From Chiloscyllium plagiosum (taxonomy: Eukaryota), in NCBI RefSeq assembly GCF_004010195.1, contig NC_057719.1, positions 10,699,341 through 10,763,340 on the forward strand: DNA of 64,000 bases, in the 5' to 3' direction. This document shows positions 11,760-23,496 of the stretch, piece by piece. A program made the translations under genes and the position numbers. Under the pieces are notes generated by a model. The model was given only the letters and a program-made list of their open reading frames with translations. It was not told the DNA's origin and made no database searches. Within the stretch, counting starts at the first letter, position 1; each line of letters begins with the position of its first letter.

Positions 11760-12120
11760 AGACGCAGATATGCCCAAGGACTGCCAAATAGAACATCCAC
11801 CAGAACGCCTATCTTTTAAACAAAAGGTTTAGACTTTTCTCCAACACTGTAAGGATTTTTATTCCACATTTACAATTACTGCAGTAGCACTTTTTACAAA
11901 GCTAAGGAAAGATGAGGGAGTCCCATTGTTCCATCTAAAACATTTTCTATAGACCCCAACAGTTCTTGCAACACAACACCTCATTAATCTCCTCAGAATT
12001 CAGACTTTTTTGGCCCCTGTTACAACATCCATAGCTGTCAAAGGATCAGTATTCAAAGGAAGTGGCACTAGTTACTTCATTGTAACCATTCTGTCCATGT
12101 CAGAAACACTACGATCCTGC
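11760..12120 (+). mobile_element. Possible ancient Gypsy pol relic (RT/RNase H connection)
   Basis: Frame-shifted KV*TFL..RIFIPH..TKLRK and AP/LLQHP*LSK peptides. Confidence 0.35.
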
Positions 12121-12406
12121 TCAGTTACGTCTGGACAGTTGCAATGATTAAAGGATGACTGGGTAGGTGAAGAGGAAGGAATTTCATAGCAACATTAGCA
12201 GCTCCAAAGATGACTGCTGTTGTGAATCAGTTAGTTCAGTTGGATGGACCGTTGGTCTTTCTCATACCTCTCCCCTCAGCTGAGGTGTGCTGACCTTCAG
12301 GTTAAACCACAACCAGTTGTCTCCTTGTAATAAGCGAGCAGCCCTATAGTCTGGCAAGGGTATGGTAACTTTACCTTTACTAACATGAGATTGAAAAGCC
12401 CACTCC

Positions 12407-13265
12407 ATTGAAGAAGGTTATCTCAGAGTACAATGGGACTTTGTTCAGATGGGCTGAGGAGTGGCAGATGGAGTTTAATTTAGATAAATATGAGGTGTTG
12501 CATTTTCGTAAGGCAAATCAGGACAAGACCTATGCACTTAATGGTAAGGTCCTGGGGAGTGTTACAAAACAAAGAGACGCTCATAGTTCCTTGGAGGCGG
12601 AGTCTTAGGTAGACAGGGTGATGAAGAAGGTATTTGGTACACTTGCCTTTACTGGTCAGTGCATTGAATATGGGAGTTGGGTTGTCATGATGTGACTGTA
12701 CACGACATTGGTTAGGCCACTTTTGGAATATTGCATTCAGTTCCGGTCTCCCAGACATAGGAAAGATGTTGTGAAACTCAAAAACGTGCAGGAAAGGTTT
12801 ACAAGGATGTTGCCAGGGTTAGAGTATTTGAGCTATAGGAAGAGGCTGAACAGACTGGGGCTATTTTCTCTGGAGCGTCGGAGGCTGAGGGGTGACGTTA
12901 TAGATGTTTATAAAATCATGAGGGGCATAAATAGAGCGAATAGCTAATGTGTTTTTCCCCAGGGTGGTGGAGTCCAAAACTAGACATTTAAGGTGAGAAT
13001 GGGAAGATTTAAAAGGGACCTAAGGGGCAACGTTTTCATGCAGAGCGTGGTGCATGTATGGAATGAGCTGTCAGAGGAAGTGGTGGAGGCTGGCACAATT
13101 AAAACATTTAAAAGGCATCTGGATGGGTATGTGAAGAGGAAGGGTTTAGAGGGATGTGGGCCAAATGCTGGCAAATGGGACTAGATTCATTTAGGATATG
13201 TGGACAGTATGGACGAGTTGGACTGAAGGTTGTGTTTCTGTGCTGTACAACTCTGTAAATCTATT
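12407..13265 (+). mobile_element. CR1 LINE 3' ~860 bp
   Basis: WAEEWQMEFNLDK, VRPLLEYCIQF, RLGLFSLERRRLRGD, VHVWNELSEEVVEAGT. Confidence 0.95.
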
Positions 13266-13359
13266 GGCATAAGCTGTTCAGTCAATCCATCTGGAAAATT
13301 TGCCTGGAAATTTCAGATCCATCCCTTCCTAGCAGCCTAAGCAATAAAATGCAGCAACA

Positions 13360-13690
13360 GTGAATCTGCATTTATATAGCAACCTTACTGCAATAAAACA
13401 TCCTTGCAGGAATATTGTCAACAATATAACGTAAGGACAGGTGGCTAACAGTTTGGTAAAAGAAGTAGGTTTGGTGCAGGATCTTAAAGGGAACAGAGAG
13501 AGGGACAGAGAATTTGAGAAGTTTCAGACTTAAGGGCTGAGACTAGAAGTTTTCCAGCAGTGGACTGATTAACATCAGCGATTAGAATTCGAAGGGCGCA
13601 GAGGTCACAAAGAGATGTAGGGCTGGAATAGGTTAGAAATCAGGGGAATGTGAAGCCCATGTAGGGGTTCGAAAACATTGATGACAACAG
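13360..13690 (-). mobile_element. L2-type LINE fragment
   Basis: Starts TGCATTTATATAGC (reverse of an L2-type tail); similar to 46980-47510. Confidence 0.55.
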
Positions 13691-13699
13691 ACAAACCAG

Positions 13700-14130
13700 A
13701 CAACAAGACCGCAAGAAATTACAAAGAATTGTGAATGCAGTCCAGTCCATTGCGAAAACCAACCTTCCTTCCACTGACTTGGTTTACACTTCCCACTGCC
13801 TCAGTAAAGCAGCCACCATAATCAAAGGGCCATCCCACCCCGGTTATACTCTCTTTCACCCTCTTCCATCGGGCAGAAGATACAAATGTTTGCAAACAGT
13901 ACCAACAGATTCAAGAACAGCTTCTTCCCTGCTGTCATATATTAGAATAGATTGTTCTCTCCACCTTCTCTGTAGCTGTAATGGTTTATTCTGCATTATG
14001 TTCTAGTGCCCTGTTGTACTTAAAAAAGGTATGATTTGTTTGGATAACATGCATAACAATACTTTTCATGGTCACTTAGTACATGTGACAATAACAAATC
14101 AAATCAAACCAAATCAAGTCAAATCAAAAA
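13700..14130 (+). mobile_element. Rex/Babar LINE 3' end
   Basis: RKKLQRIVNAVQSI..IIKGPSHPGYTLFHPLPSGRRY; tail TACATGTGACAATAAC(AAATC)n. Confidence 0.85.
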
Positions 14131-14344
14131 TAGCAACATAGGTCAGTGAGCACACAGGTGAAAGATGAATGGGACTTGGGAACTTACACATTAACAGCAC
14201 AGTTTTGAACAATAAAAACAGGGTTAAAGGCCAAATGCTGGCAATCGGAATTATATTAATTGAGGATGTTGGGTTGGCAAGGACAAATTGGACTGAAAGG
14301 TCTCTTTCTGTGCTGTATATCTCTATGACTCTATAACTCCACCT

Positions 14345-14580
14345 TACTGCATTACTAAGGGAATGCTGCACTTTTGCACATGTCTTCTTTGGAGAACATG
14401 CCATGCCTTTTACAGAAATAATAAAAATCTCAAAGCAAAGAAAAGCAAAGAAATTCTTTCCCAGAGTCCTGGCCAACGCTCATCCCTCAACCAAAATCTT
14501 TCACAGAAAATCCGGCTGTTTATTTATCATCAGCGCTTGTGGGAGCATCCTGTGTGTAAATTGGTTTCCAATATTGAAAC
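14345..14580 (+). mobile_element. DeuSINE-like (SacSINE1-type) fragment
   Basis: TACTAAGGGAATGCTGCAC..GTCCTGGCCAAC..CCCTCAACCAA..GTGGGAGC..TGTG..AAATTGG. Confidence 0.5.
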
Positions 14581-14589
14581 TGCGTAAAC

Positions 14590-15145
14590 TGTTGATTAAG
14601 TCACGATTGGATTTCTGCTTCCAGTTCTGGTCACCACATTAAGGGAAGGATGGGATTGTACTAGAGGGGGTGAAGAGGAGATTCACCAGGATGCTGCCTG
14701 GTCTGGAGGGTCTGAAATGTGAGAAAAGATTGGGTAGACTGGGGTTGTTTCTATGGAGTACAGAAGGTGGGGAGGGAAACTGATACAGGAGTATAGGACT
14801 GTGGAAGGCGCAGATATGGTCAATAGAAAGGCATGTTTTTCATTAGTATTGGGCTCAATAACTGGGACATGGACTTAAGGTAAGAGTAGCAGGCTAAGAG
14901 GAGAGTTGAGGAGATTTTTTTTCACTCAGAAGGTTGTGGAATTCCTGAACTCACTTTGTTAAAAGAACAGCTGAGTCAGATACTCTCATAACATTAAAGC
15001 AGTATTTGATGATCCAGTTCCATTGCCATAACCTCCAGGGCTATGTGTCAAAAGCTGGAGAAAGGGATTGGAATTCAATCTTTGTTGACTGGCACATTTA
15101 TGATGGGCTGAATGGTCCCCTCCTGTGCTGTGAATGTCTATGAGT
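14590..15145 (+). mobile_element. CR1 LINE 3' fragment (diverged)
   Basis: FQFWSPH..RRFTRMLPGLEG. Confidence 0.85.
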
Positions 15146-15159
15146 GCTAAGAATGAGAT

Positions 15160-15525
15160 GGAGGAGGCCACAGAGTAGTGACAATACCATTGAGCTAGTA
15201 ATTCAGAAACACAAGCCAAAGCACTGGGAACAAGGGTTCAGTTGTGACTATGGCAGCTAACTGAATTTGCATTTAATAAATCAGGTATGAATTATAGTTT
15301 TAGTAATAGTGACCATGAAACTATTGTCGATTGTCATAAGAACGAATCTGGTTCATCAACATCCATTAGAGAAGGAAATCCGCCATCTTTATCTGATCTG
15401 GTCAAGATGTGACTCCAGGCCCAAGCATTGTGGTTTACTATTATCTGCCCTCTGTAATGGTCTATGGCAATTAGGGATGGGCAAACAAATTCAGGCCTTG
15501 CCACGATGCCCAACACCTTGTGAAG
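15160..15525 (+). mobile_element. tRNA-derived SINE, family 2 (tail CAATTAGGGATGGGCAA)
   Basis: ATCTGGTTCA..GAAGGAAATC..TGTGACTCCAG core shared with 16415, 22590, 32830, 46478, 47945. Confidence 0.7.
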
Positions 15526-15639
15526 GAATAGAAGAAGCAGTTCAGCAGAGATGCATTGGGAGGAAGGCTGGATAACATAAAGAAAACAGAAGGAGAAGGT
15601 GGAGCTGATTGGCTTAGATGAAGACACTAGTGATGTACA

Positions 15640-15905
15640 GTGCTAGGATCTGGGTTCGATTCCAGTCCTCAGGTGACTGTCTGTGTGGAGTTTGCACATT
15701 CTCCGTGGGTGCTCTAGTTTTTTTCCCACAGTCCCACCAACTTGGTCAAGCTAAATTGCCCTGTAGTGTCCAAGGATGTGCAGATTAGGTGGGCTAGCCA
15801 TGGTAAATGAAGGGATACAGGAATAGGGTAGTTCCTATGCTGTTCAGAGAGTTAGTGCAGGCTCAATGGGCCAAATGGCCTCTTTACGCACTATAGGGAT
15901 TCTAT
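15640..15905 (+). mobile_element. HE1-type V-SINE, 5'-truncated
   Basis: GGTTCGATTCC..GTGTGGAGTTTGCACATTCTCC. Confidence 0.75.
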
Positions 15906-16414
15906 GCTGTAAGAGTGTTCGCAAGATCCTCATGTGAAGTGTAAGGCAAGGTACAGCTCAGTTGGGATGTTTGGTCTGTTCCATGCAGTAACTTCGGTAT
16001 AATTCTATGTACTCTATCTGAAGCTTTTGATCATTGCATCAGTAACAAGTTCATGTTAACTATTGTTAGTCACTTTGTCTGATGAAGCCTTCTTAAACAG
16101 ATCTTGTTGCATCTTCCTTTTCAACCAACATGTTCTGGACTTCAATAATGTTTCTCATTTCACTAGAACCTGTAGGGCATTTAAAACGGTATCTCCGAAA
16201 CAGCACCCTTTAATTCTCTCCCAATATTAAACTACTCAGTCTTGATGCCTTACGTAATTGGTCTTGTTCTGGGGGATTCACGAAATCCATCGAAATCTCC
16301 CTCAGCACTGATGGGTGATGTCAGATTCGTACAAAATGAATCTTGTGCATCTTGACCACATCTGCTCCTATGGTCTTGATCAGCACTTTCTCACAATCAC
16401 AAATTCCCATTGTA

Positions 16415-17430
16415 TGGGGGAGGCATCAGCCTTGTGGCATTATGCGGAGACCCAGGTGTTGTTCTGGGGACCCAGCTTCAAATCCTGCCATGGAATGTAA
16501 ATTCAATTAAACTGTCTGTAATTTAGAGTTGAAATGATAACTATGGAATCATTGTCAATTGCTAGGGGAAAGACCCATCTGGTTGACGAATGTCCTTTAG
16601 GGAAGGAAATCTGTCATCCTTTCCTGGTCTGACCTATGTGTGACTCCAGACCCACTGCAATGTAGTTGACTCCTAACTAGCCTCTTAGGGATGTTACGGA
16701 CCAGACAGACCCCTCAAAATATTTTAAGAAGGAAGCCTAGACCCGAACTTTCCCTTGTTTCAAAGGCAATTGAAAAGTGCCATGTTCCAGATACAATTCG
16801 ACTGATCAAACCACTCAACGTTAAGCAAAACACCATTAATTCAAACACTATAGTTAAAATGCTACAAAAGAAAGAAGTTAGAATAACTTAACTCCACTGG
16901 AAAACTTAACAAAATAACAGATTCAGTAACTATTACTAATGAACTGTCCCAATACAGTAACATCACGTATACACACTCTTTGGCAGAAAGGGAAATCTAG
17001 AAACCAGATTATCTCACATGCAATCCAGCAACAGAGGGAGAGAGAGAGAGAGAGAAACAATATCAAGTGAAAACTCAGTAGCAGCCAGGAAACATTTACT
17101 GAAGCTTCCAACCCTGTTGAGACTCCAATTGCTGCTGAATCTCAAAGCTAAATAACTAAAAACTAGAAATCTGGTCTTAGAGCTGGCAACACCTATTCAG
17201 GCTGCTTCTATTGTTCCAACTTTTAAAAAAATCCTCACGGCCTCCCAAGCTGTTTCTTTAAGGGGCTTAACTAGCCAGCTAGGCACCTCAGCCTTAAAAC
17301 CTATCTTCAAAACAAAACTGGACAAAATACCCCTCTTAAAGCCACAGCAGCCTCACAGGGATGAGTAATAAATGTTAGAGTAATAAATATTGGAGTAATA
17401 AACGTGATGCTCACATTCTGTGAATGAGTA
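16415..17430 (+). mobile_element. SINE family 2 copy split by a solo LTR
   Basis: Core 16415-16691; tail resumes GGGATGAGTAATAAATG at 17358. Confidence 0.65.
16692..17357 (-). mobile_element. Solo LTR (family A)
   Basis: TG...CA ends; 4-bp TSD GGGA (16688-91 / 17358-61); reverse-complement similarity to 36936-37734. Confidence 0.85.
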
Positions 17431-17754
17431 GAAAAAGGTAGAGGTCACTTTAAGTGGGTAAAGCAGCACCTTCTAAGATCACTCCCCATCCCCCACAGCC
17501 AATGAGGAAACACAAGGTGCTCAGCAACAGCAACTCACGAGCTCCTTCTCGAGTACCTTCTAAACTTGGGACTTCTCCCAGCTAGAATGACAAGGGCAGC
17601 AGGGTTTGACAATGCTGTCACTTTAACAAGGTTATTTTGGCTTTGAGGTTATTTCTAAGAGAGTTCATAAAGGTAGGGATGCCGAAACATCTGGAAAAGA
17701 GCCTAGTTTAATAATAGCAGGGGAGTGGTCAGTACTTCTAGTTCAGTTTTTATC

Positions 17755-18730
17755 CATAGAACATAGAACATTACAGCGCAGTACAGGCCCTTCGGCCCTT
17801 GATGTTGCGCCAACCAGTCATACCAATCTGAAGCCCATCTAACCTACACTATTCCATGTACGTCCATATGTTTGTCCAATGACGACTTAAATGCACTTAA
17901 AGTTGGTGAATCTACTACCATTGCAGGCAAAGCATTCCATACCCTTACTACTCTCTGAGTAAAGAAACTACCTCTGACATCTGCCCTATATCTATCATCC
18001 CTCAATTTAAAGCTATGCCCCCTCGTGCTAGCCATCAGCATCCGAGGAAAAAGGCTCTCCCTGTCCACCCTATCTAACCCTCTGATTATCTTATATGTCT
18101 CTATTACGTCACCTCTCAACCTCCTTCTCTCCAACGAAAACAGCCTCAAGTCCCTCAGCCTTTCCTCGTAAGACCTTCCCTCCATACCAGGCAACATCCT
18201 AGTAAATCTCCTCTGAACCCTTTCCAAAGCTTCCACATCCTCCTTGTAATGCGGTGACCAGAACTGTACACAATACTCCAAGTGCGGCCGCACCAGAGTT
18301 TNNNNNNNNNNNNNNNNNNNNNNNNNNNNNNNNNNNNNNNNNNNNNNNNNNNNNNNNNNNNNNNNNNNNNNNNNNNNNNNNNNNNNNNNNNNNNNNNNNN
18401 NNNNNNNNNNNNNNNNNNNNNNNNNNNNNNNNNNNNNNNNNNNNNNNNNNNNNNNNNNNNNNNNNNNNNNNNNNNNNNNNNNNNNNNNNNNNNNNNNNNN
18501 NNNNNNNNNNNNNNNNNNNNNNNNNNNNNNNNNNNNNNNNNNNNNNNNAGATCATTTATAAAAATGACGGACAGCAGTGGACCCAACACCGACCCTTGCG
18601 GTACACCACTAGTAACTGGACTCCAGGATGAACATTTCCCATCAACCACCACTCTTTGTCTTCTTTCAGCAAGCCAATTACTGATCCAAACTGCTATATC
18701 TCCCATAATCCCATTCCTCCGCATTTTGTA
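17755..18730 (-). mobile_element. Young CR1 LINE (RT domain to 3' tail), spans an assembly gap
   Basis: [39 protein letters not shown]; (TTCTATG)n tail. Confidence 0.95.
18302..18548. other. Assembly gap
   Basis: Run of N. Confidence 1.
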
Positions 18731-19909
18731 TAAGTTTCTTCAGCTGTAGCAGTGAGAAGCTGCTGCAATTCAGAAAAAGATTCCAAGCTTCAGCAAATGA
18801 TTCTTGACGGGCTTCTCTCTCTCTGAAATCTCTCCTGCCTTTAAGATCCTGTGTTTGAAGTTTTATTTTGCCAATGGTTGTTTTTATGGGATGTTACGGG
18901 AATTGGAACAGCTCCTTAGTTAAGTCGCGGTATCAAGTCAGTTGAGTTTTCAAATAGTTAAGTTATTCTAAATTCAGTTTTCTTTTCTGTTTCAACTGCA
19001 GTGTTTAAATAAATTATGTTTTACTTGAAGCTGAGTGGTTTGACCAGCTGCATCACACCTGGGACATCCAATTCAAATCTGCCTTTAAAATAAGAAAAAA
19101 GTTAGGGTCTGGGCTACCTTGATAACATATTTTGAGGGGTACCTGACCTGGTCCATAACAGGGCGTAATGGGAGTGCCACCGATGGCAACTTCACCTTCA
19201 AGTCACCCACCGTCCTAGACCACTATTGGGTCAAAACCCCTGGAACTCTATTCCTAACAGCACTCTGGGTGACCCTGCACCCCAGGGGCTGCAGCAGTTC
19301 AAGAAGGCTGCTCACTACCACCAACTCTGACAGAGCAGTTTGGGAAAAATAGTGAAGGGTGACCTTGCCAGGGAATGAAAGAATAGGTTAGAAGAAAACA
19401 AACTGGTATTGACTTCACCAAATATTAATTCAGACAGGCGCCTGGTTATTTCATTCAGAATTATCTGGTTGACTCAGCTGCCTAATCCACCTTGGATTAA
19501 CGAAAAAGACATAATACACCAGCGAAGACTTCTCTGCAAAGACATTGCAGTAAAGAGGTCAAGCATGTAGACAGAAATACTTGTCGGTGTTAACAGAATT
19601 GCTTCTAGTGATAGAATCACTTTTCAAAGGCCCTCACTGTGGGGCTCTCATGACAATGATGTATTCCTGTAGCACTCTGGAGGATTTACTAAAGAACATT
19701 GCTAGACTCCGCAGGCTATTCATGGTAAAACAACTACCTTTGAAATTCAGAGTAAACACTCTGGAGATCAGCATGTATCAGTCCTCTGAGTTTATTGCTC
19801 TAATATTAAAATGGTTGTTCTTTCTCATCTAGCCTTTGGCTGAATGATTCATTGGGAGAGCTTTCAAGGTGCTGCTTCTGTTCAATTCCCTTCACCCGTA
19901 CTGATAGAT

Positions 19910-20430
19910 TCAGAGGGTCATAAGATGTTCAGCACGTAAACAGACTCTTCTGGTCCATGCTGACCAGATATCCCAACCCAATCTAGTCCCACCTACCAGC
20001 AACTGGCTCATATCCCTCCAAACCTTTATATACCCATCCAGATGCCTTTTAAGTGTTGCAACTGTACCAGCCTCCACCACTTCCACTGATTGCTCATTCC
20101 ATACGCATACCACCCTCTGTGTGAAAAAGTTGCCCCTTAGGTCTCTTTCATATCTTTCGCCTCTCACTCTACACCTATGCCCTCTAGTTCTGGACTCCCC
20201 ACCACAGGGAAGAAACATTGTCTGTTTATCCTATCCATGCCCCTCATGATTTTATAAACCTCTATAAGATCACCCCTCAGCCTCCGAGGCTCCAGGGAAA
20301 ATAGCTCCAGCCTGTTCAGCCTCTCCCTGCAGCTCAAATCCTCCAACCCTGGCAATATCCTTATAAATCTTTTCTGAATCCTTTCAAGTTTCACAAAATC
20401 CTTCTGATAGGAAGGAGAACAGAACTGCAT
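19910..20430 (-). mobile_element. CR1 LINE 3' fragment
   Basis: KLERIQKRFIRILPGLE..RRLRGDLIEVYKIMRG. Confidence 0.92.
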
Positions 20431-20574
20431 CTTAATGCTACCTTAACCCGAGTTTGTACTTAGGATCAAATGGAAAATAATATTCTCTTACAGGTTTAAG
20501 AATCACACTCATTTTGAGAAAATACAAATCAACTCACTGAGAGAAGGGTTTTTTTTTGTTGATTTATTCATTCA

Positions 20575-20882
20575 ATGGGGAAAGCAAATCTTAGCAGGAC
20601 CTATACACTTAACGATAAGGTCCTAGGGAGTGTTGCTGAACAAAGAGACCTTGGTGTGCAGGTTCATAGCTACTTGAAAGTGGAGTAGCAGGTAGATAGG
20701 ATAGCGAAGGCGGTGTTTGGTATGCTTTCCTTTATTGGTCAGAGTATTGAGTACAGGAGTTGGGAGGTAATACTGCGACTGTACAGGACATTGATTAGGC
20801 CACTGTTGAAATATTGCGTGCAATTCTGGTCTCCTTCCTATCAGAAAGATGTTGTGAAACTTGAAAGGGTTCAGAAAAGATT
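20575..20882 (+). mobile_element. CR1 LINE fragment running into a gap
   Basis: FGMLSFIGQSIEYRSWEV..RPLLKYCVQFWSP. Confidence 0.92.
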
Positions 20883-21662
20883 NNNNNNNNNNNNNNNNNN
20901 NNNNNNNNNNNNNNNNNNNNNNNNNNNNNNNNNNNNNNNNNNNNNNNNNNNNNNNNNNNNNNNNNNNNNNNNNNNNNNNNNNNNNNNNNNNNNNNNNNNN
21001 NNNNNNNNNNNNNNNNNNNNNNNNNNNNNNNNNNNNNNNNNNNNNNNNNNNNNNNNNNNNNNNNNNNNNNNNNNNNNNNNNNNNNNNNNNNNNNNNNNNN
21101 NNNNNNNNNNNNNNNNNNNNNNNNNNNNNNNNNNNNNNNNNNNNNNNNNNNNNNNNNNNNNNNNNNNNNNNNNNNNNNNNNNNNNNNNNNNNNNNNNNNN
21201 NNNNNNNNNNNNNNNNNNNNNNNNNNNNNNNNNNNNNNNNNNNNNNNNNNNNNNNNNNNNNNNNNNNNNNNNNNNNNNNNNNNNNNNNNNNNNNNNNNNN
21301 NNNNNNNNNNNNNNNNNNNNNNNNNNNNNNNNNNNNNNNNNNNNNNNNNNNNNNNNNNNNNNNNNNNNNNNNNNNNNNNNNNNNNNNNNNNNNNNNNNNN
21401 NNNNNNNNNNNNNNNNNNNNNNNNNNNNNNNNNNNNNNNNNNNNNNNNNNNNNNNNNNNNNNNNNNNNNNNNNNNNNNNNNNNNNNNNNNNNNNNNNNNN
21501 NNNNNNNNNNNNNNNNNNNNNNNNNNNNNNNNNNNNNNNNNNNNNNNNNNNNNNNNNNNNNNNNNNNNNNNNNNNNNNNNNNNNNNNNNNNNNNNNNNNN
21601 NNNNNNNNNNNNNNNNNNNNNNNNNNNNNNNNNNNNNNNNNNNNNNNNNNNNNNNNNNNNNN
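20883..21662. other. Assembly gap
   Basis: Run of N. Confidence 1.
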
Positions 21663-22085
21663 TGCATGTGATTTTGTACACTACATTAGTTTTGATCATG
21701 CTGGGTGTCGGGTCCTTCGTTCTGGTGAGTTGTTGTCTGAGGGTGGCTGTTGGTTTGTGTGCTGTTATAAGTCTAGTGGTCGCAGTAGTCTGGCTGTCAT
21801 TTCAGAGATGTTCTTGATGTATGGTAGTGTGGCTAGTCCTTTGGGTTGCGGCATGTCCTCGTTCCATTGTCTTTCTCTTAGGCATCTGTTGATGAAATTG
21901 CGAGGATGTCCGTTTTTGGCGAATACCTTGTACAGGTGTTCCTCTTCCTCTTTTTGCAGTTCTGGTGTGCTGCAGTGTGTTGTGGCCCTTTTGAATAGTG
22001 TCTTGATGCAACTTCGTTTGTGTGTGTTGGGGTGGTTGCTTTCATAGTTCAGGACTTGGTCTGTGTGAGTGGCTTTCCTAAGTTA
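21663..22085 (-). mobile_element. Penelope-like (Poseidon-type) RT C-terminus / GIY-YIG start
   Basis: Minus strand CIKTLFKRATTHCSTPELQKEEEEHLYKVFAKNGHP..LATLPYIKNISE; KTNVVYKITC. Confidence 0.85.
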
Positions 22086-22091
22086 TCATAT

Positions 22092-22302
22092 CATAGAATC
22101 ATTGCAATACAGTGTGGAAGCAGGCCCTTCGACCCATCGAGTCCACACTGACCCTCTGATGAGCAACCCGCCCCAATCCATACCCCTTGCCCTTTGCCTG
22201 TAACTCTGCATTTCCCATAACTAATCCACCAAGCCAGTGCATCCCTGGATACTATGGGCAATTTAACATCGCCAATCCACCTGACCTTTGGACTGCGGGA
22301 GG
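22092..22302 (-). mobile_element. HE1-type V-SINE 3' half
   Basis: Reverse complement of the HE1 3' region. Confidence 0.7.
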
Positions 22303-22589
22303 AACAGAATTTTCTCCCAGCAACACTGAAGGGAATGGCCATATATATATCTGAGTCAGGATGGTGTATGACTTTCAGGGGTCTTTACAGGAGGTGTTCC
22401 CATGTATTTGTTGCCCCAAAGACTGTATGTGCTCATGCCTACCAATACAGCCATAGACAGATGCATTTGTGATAAGTGGATCAATGAGGGCAAGGCGACG
22501 AACATTATTGCTGATTCCCACACCACTTGCTATTTAACAGCCAGGCCCTTTAGAAGTTAACCTGATCTTTTAATATCATTGATGGGTGA

Positions 22590-22880
22590 GGGCATTGGTG
22601 GATAGGCAGTTACCCATCCCCAATCACTTAGAGAGCAGTTTAGGGTCACCCACGTTGCTGTGGATCTTGGAGTCACATGTAGGTCAGACCAGCTAAGGAT
22701 GGTAGATTTCCTTCCTTAAAGGACATTAGGGAACCTGATGAGTTTTCCCCTAATACTGGCAATGTTCATTATTAGACTCTTATTTCCAGATTTTTATTGA
22801 ATTCAAATTCCACCATCTGCTGTGACAAGCTTGAACCCGGGTCCCCAGCACAGTACCTGGGTCTCTGGGTTAATGCCAAC
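22590..22880 (-). mobile_element. SINE family 2
   Basis: Reverse complement of the 46478-46810 core. Confidence 0.7.
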
Positions 22881-22924
22881 GAAATAGTGATAGATTGGGA
22901 AGGGGAGGTGGGCACCTTTTCACA

Positions 22925-23400
22925 CTGAAAGCCAGCAAACAGGTGAAGCAAGCTGTTAGGAGGGCAGGTGGTATGTTGGCCTTCATTGCAAAAGGGTTTG
23001 AGTACAGGAGCAAGGATTTCTTGTTGTAGCTGTACAGGGTTTTGGTGAGACTGTACCTGGAGTGCTGTGTGTAGTTCTGGTCTCCCTAACTAAGAAAAGA
23101 TATATTTACCATAAAGGGACTTCAGGAAAGGCTAATCAGACTGGATGAAGGCATCATGCCCAAAATGTCAACTCTCCTGCTCCTTGGATGCTGCCTGACC
23201 TGAAGTGCTTTTCCAGCGCCCCACTTTTCGACTCTGACTCTCCAGCATCTGCAGTCTTCACTTTCTCCTCATTCTAGTGATGACTGGACTGTTTTGTGAG
23301 GGGAGAGTGGATCAATGGGGCCTGAATTCACTGGTGTTTAAGAGGTTGCGAAGGGGTCCAATTGAAATGTATAACATTTGAATGGGTGAGGCAGACTAGA
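22925..23400 (+). mobile_element. CR1 fragment with Penelope terminal-unit insertion (~23140-23270)
   Basis: GMLAFIAKGFEYRSKD..LVRLYLECCV*FWSP. Confidence 0.8.
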
Positions 23401-23405
23401 TATAT

Positions 23406-23485
23406 TTAGATTAGATTAGATTAGATTAGATTAGATTAGATTAGATTAGATTAGATTAGATTAGATTAGATTAGATTAGATTAGA
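23406..23485. repeat. (TTAGA)16 microsatellite
   Basis: Perfect pentamer array. Confidence 0.98.
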
Positions 23486-23496
23486 TGAAATGAGAT

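Larger units (their letters stand above)
17605..19160 (+). mobile_element. Solo LTR (family A) interrupted by a CR1
   Basis: Ends GGTCCATAACA; AATAAA at ~19008; host LINE family 2 sequence resumes at 19161. Confidence 0.75.

Noticed and set aside
20623..22047. 290-444 aa ORFs (also 18155-18749, 35277-36592)
   Set aside because: Length comes from N runs; real flanks are CR1/Penelope fragments
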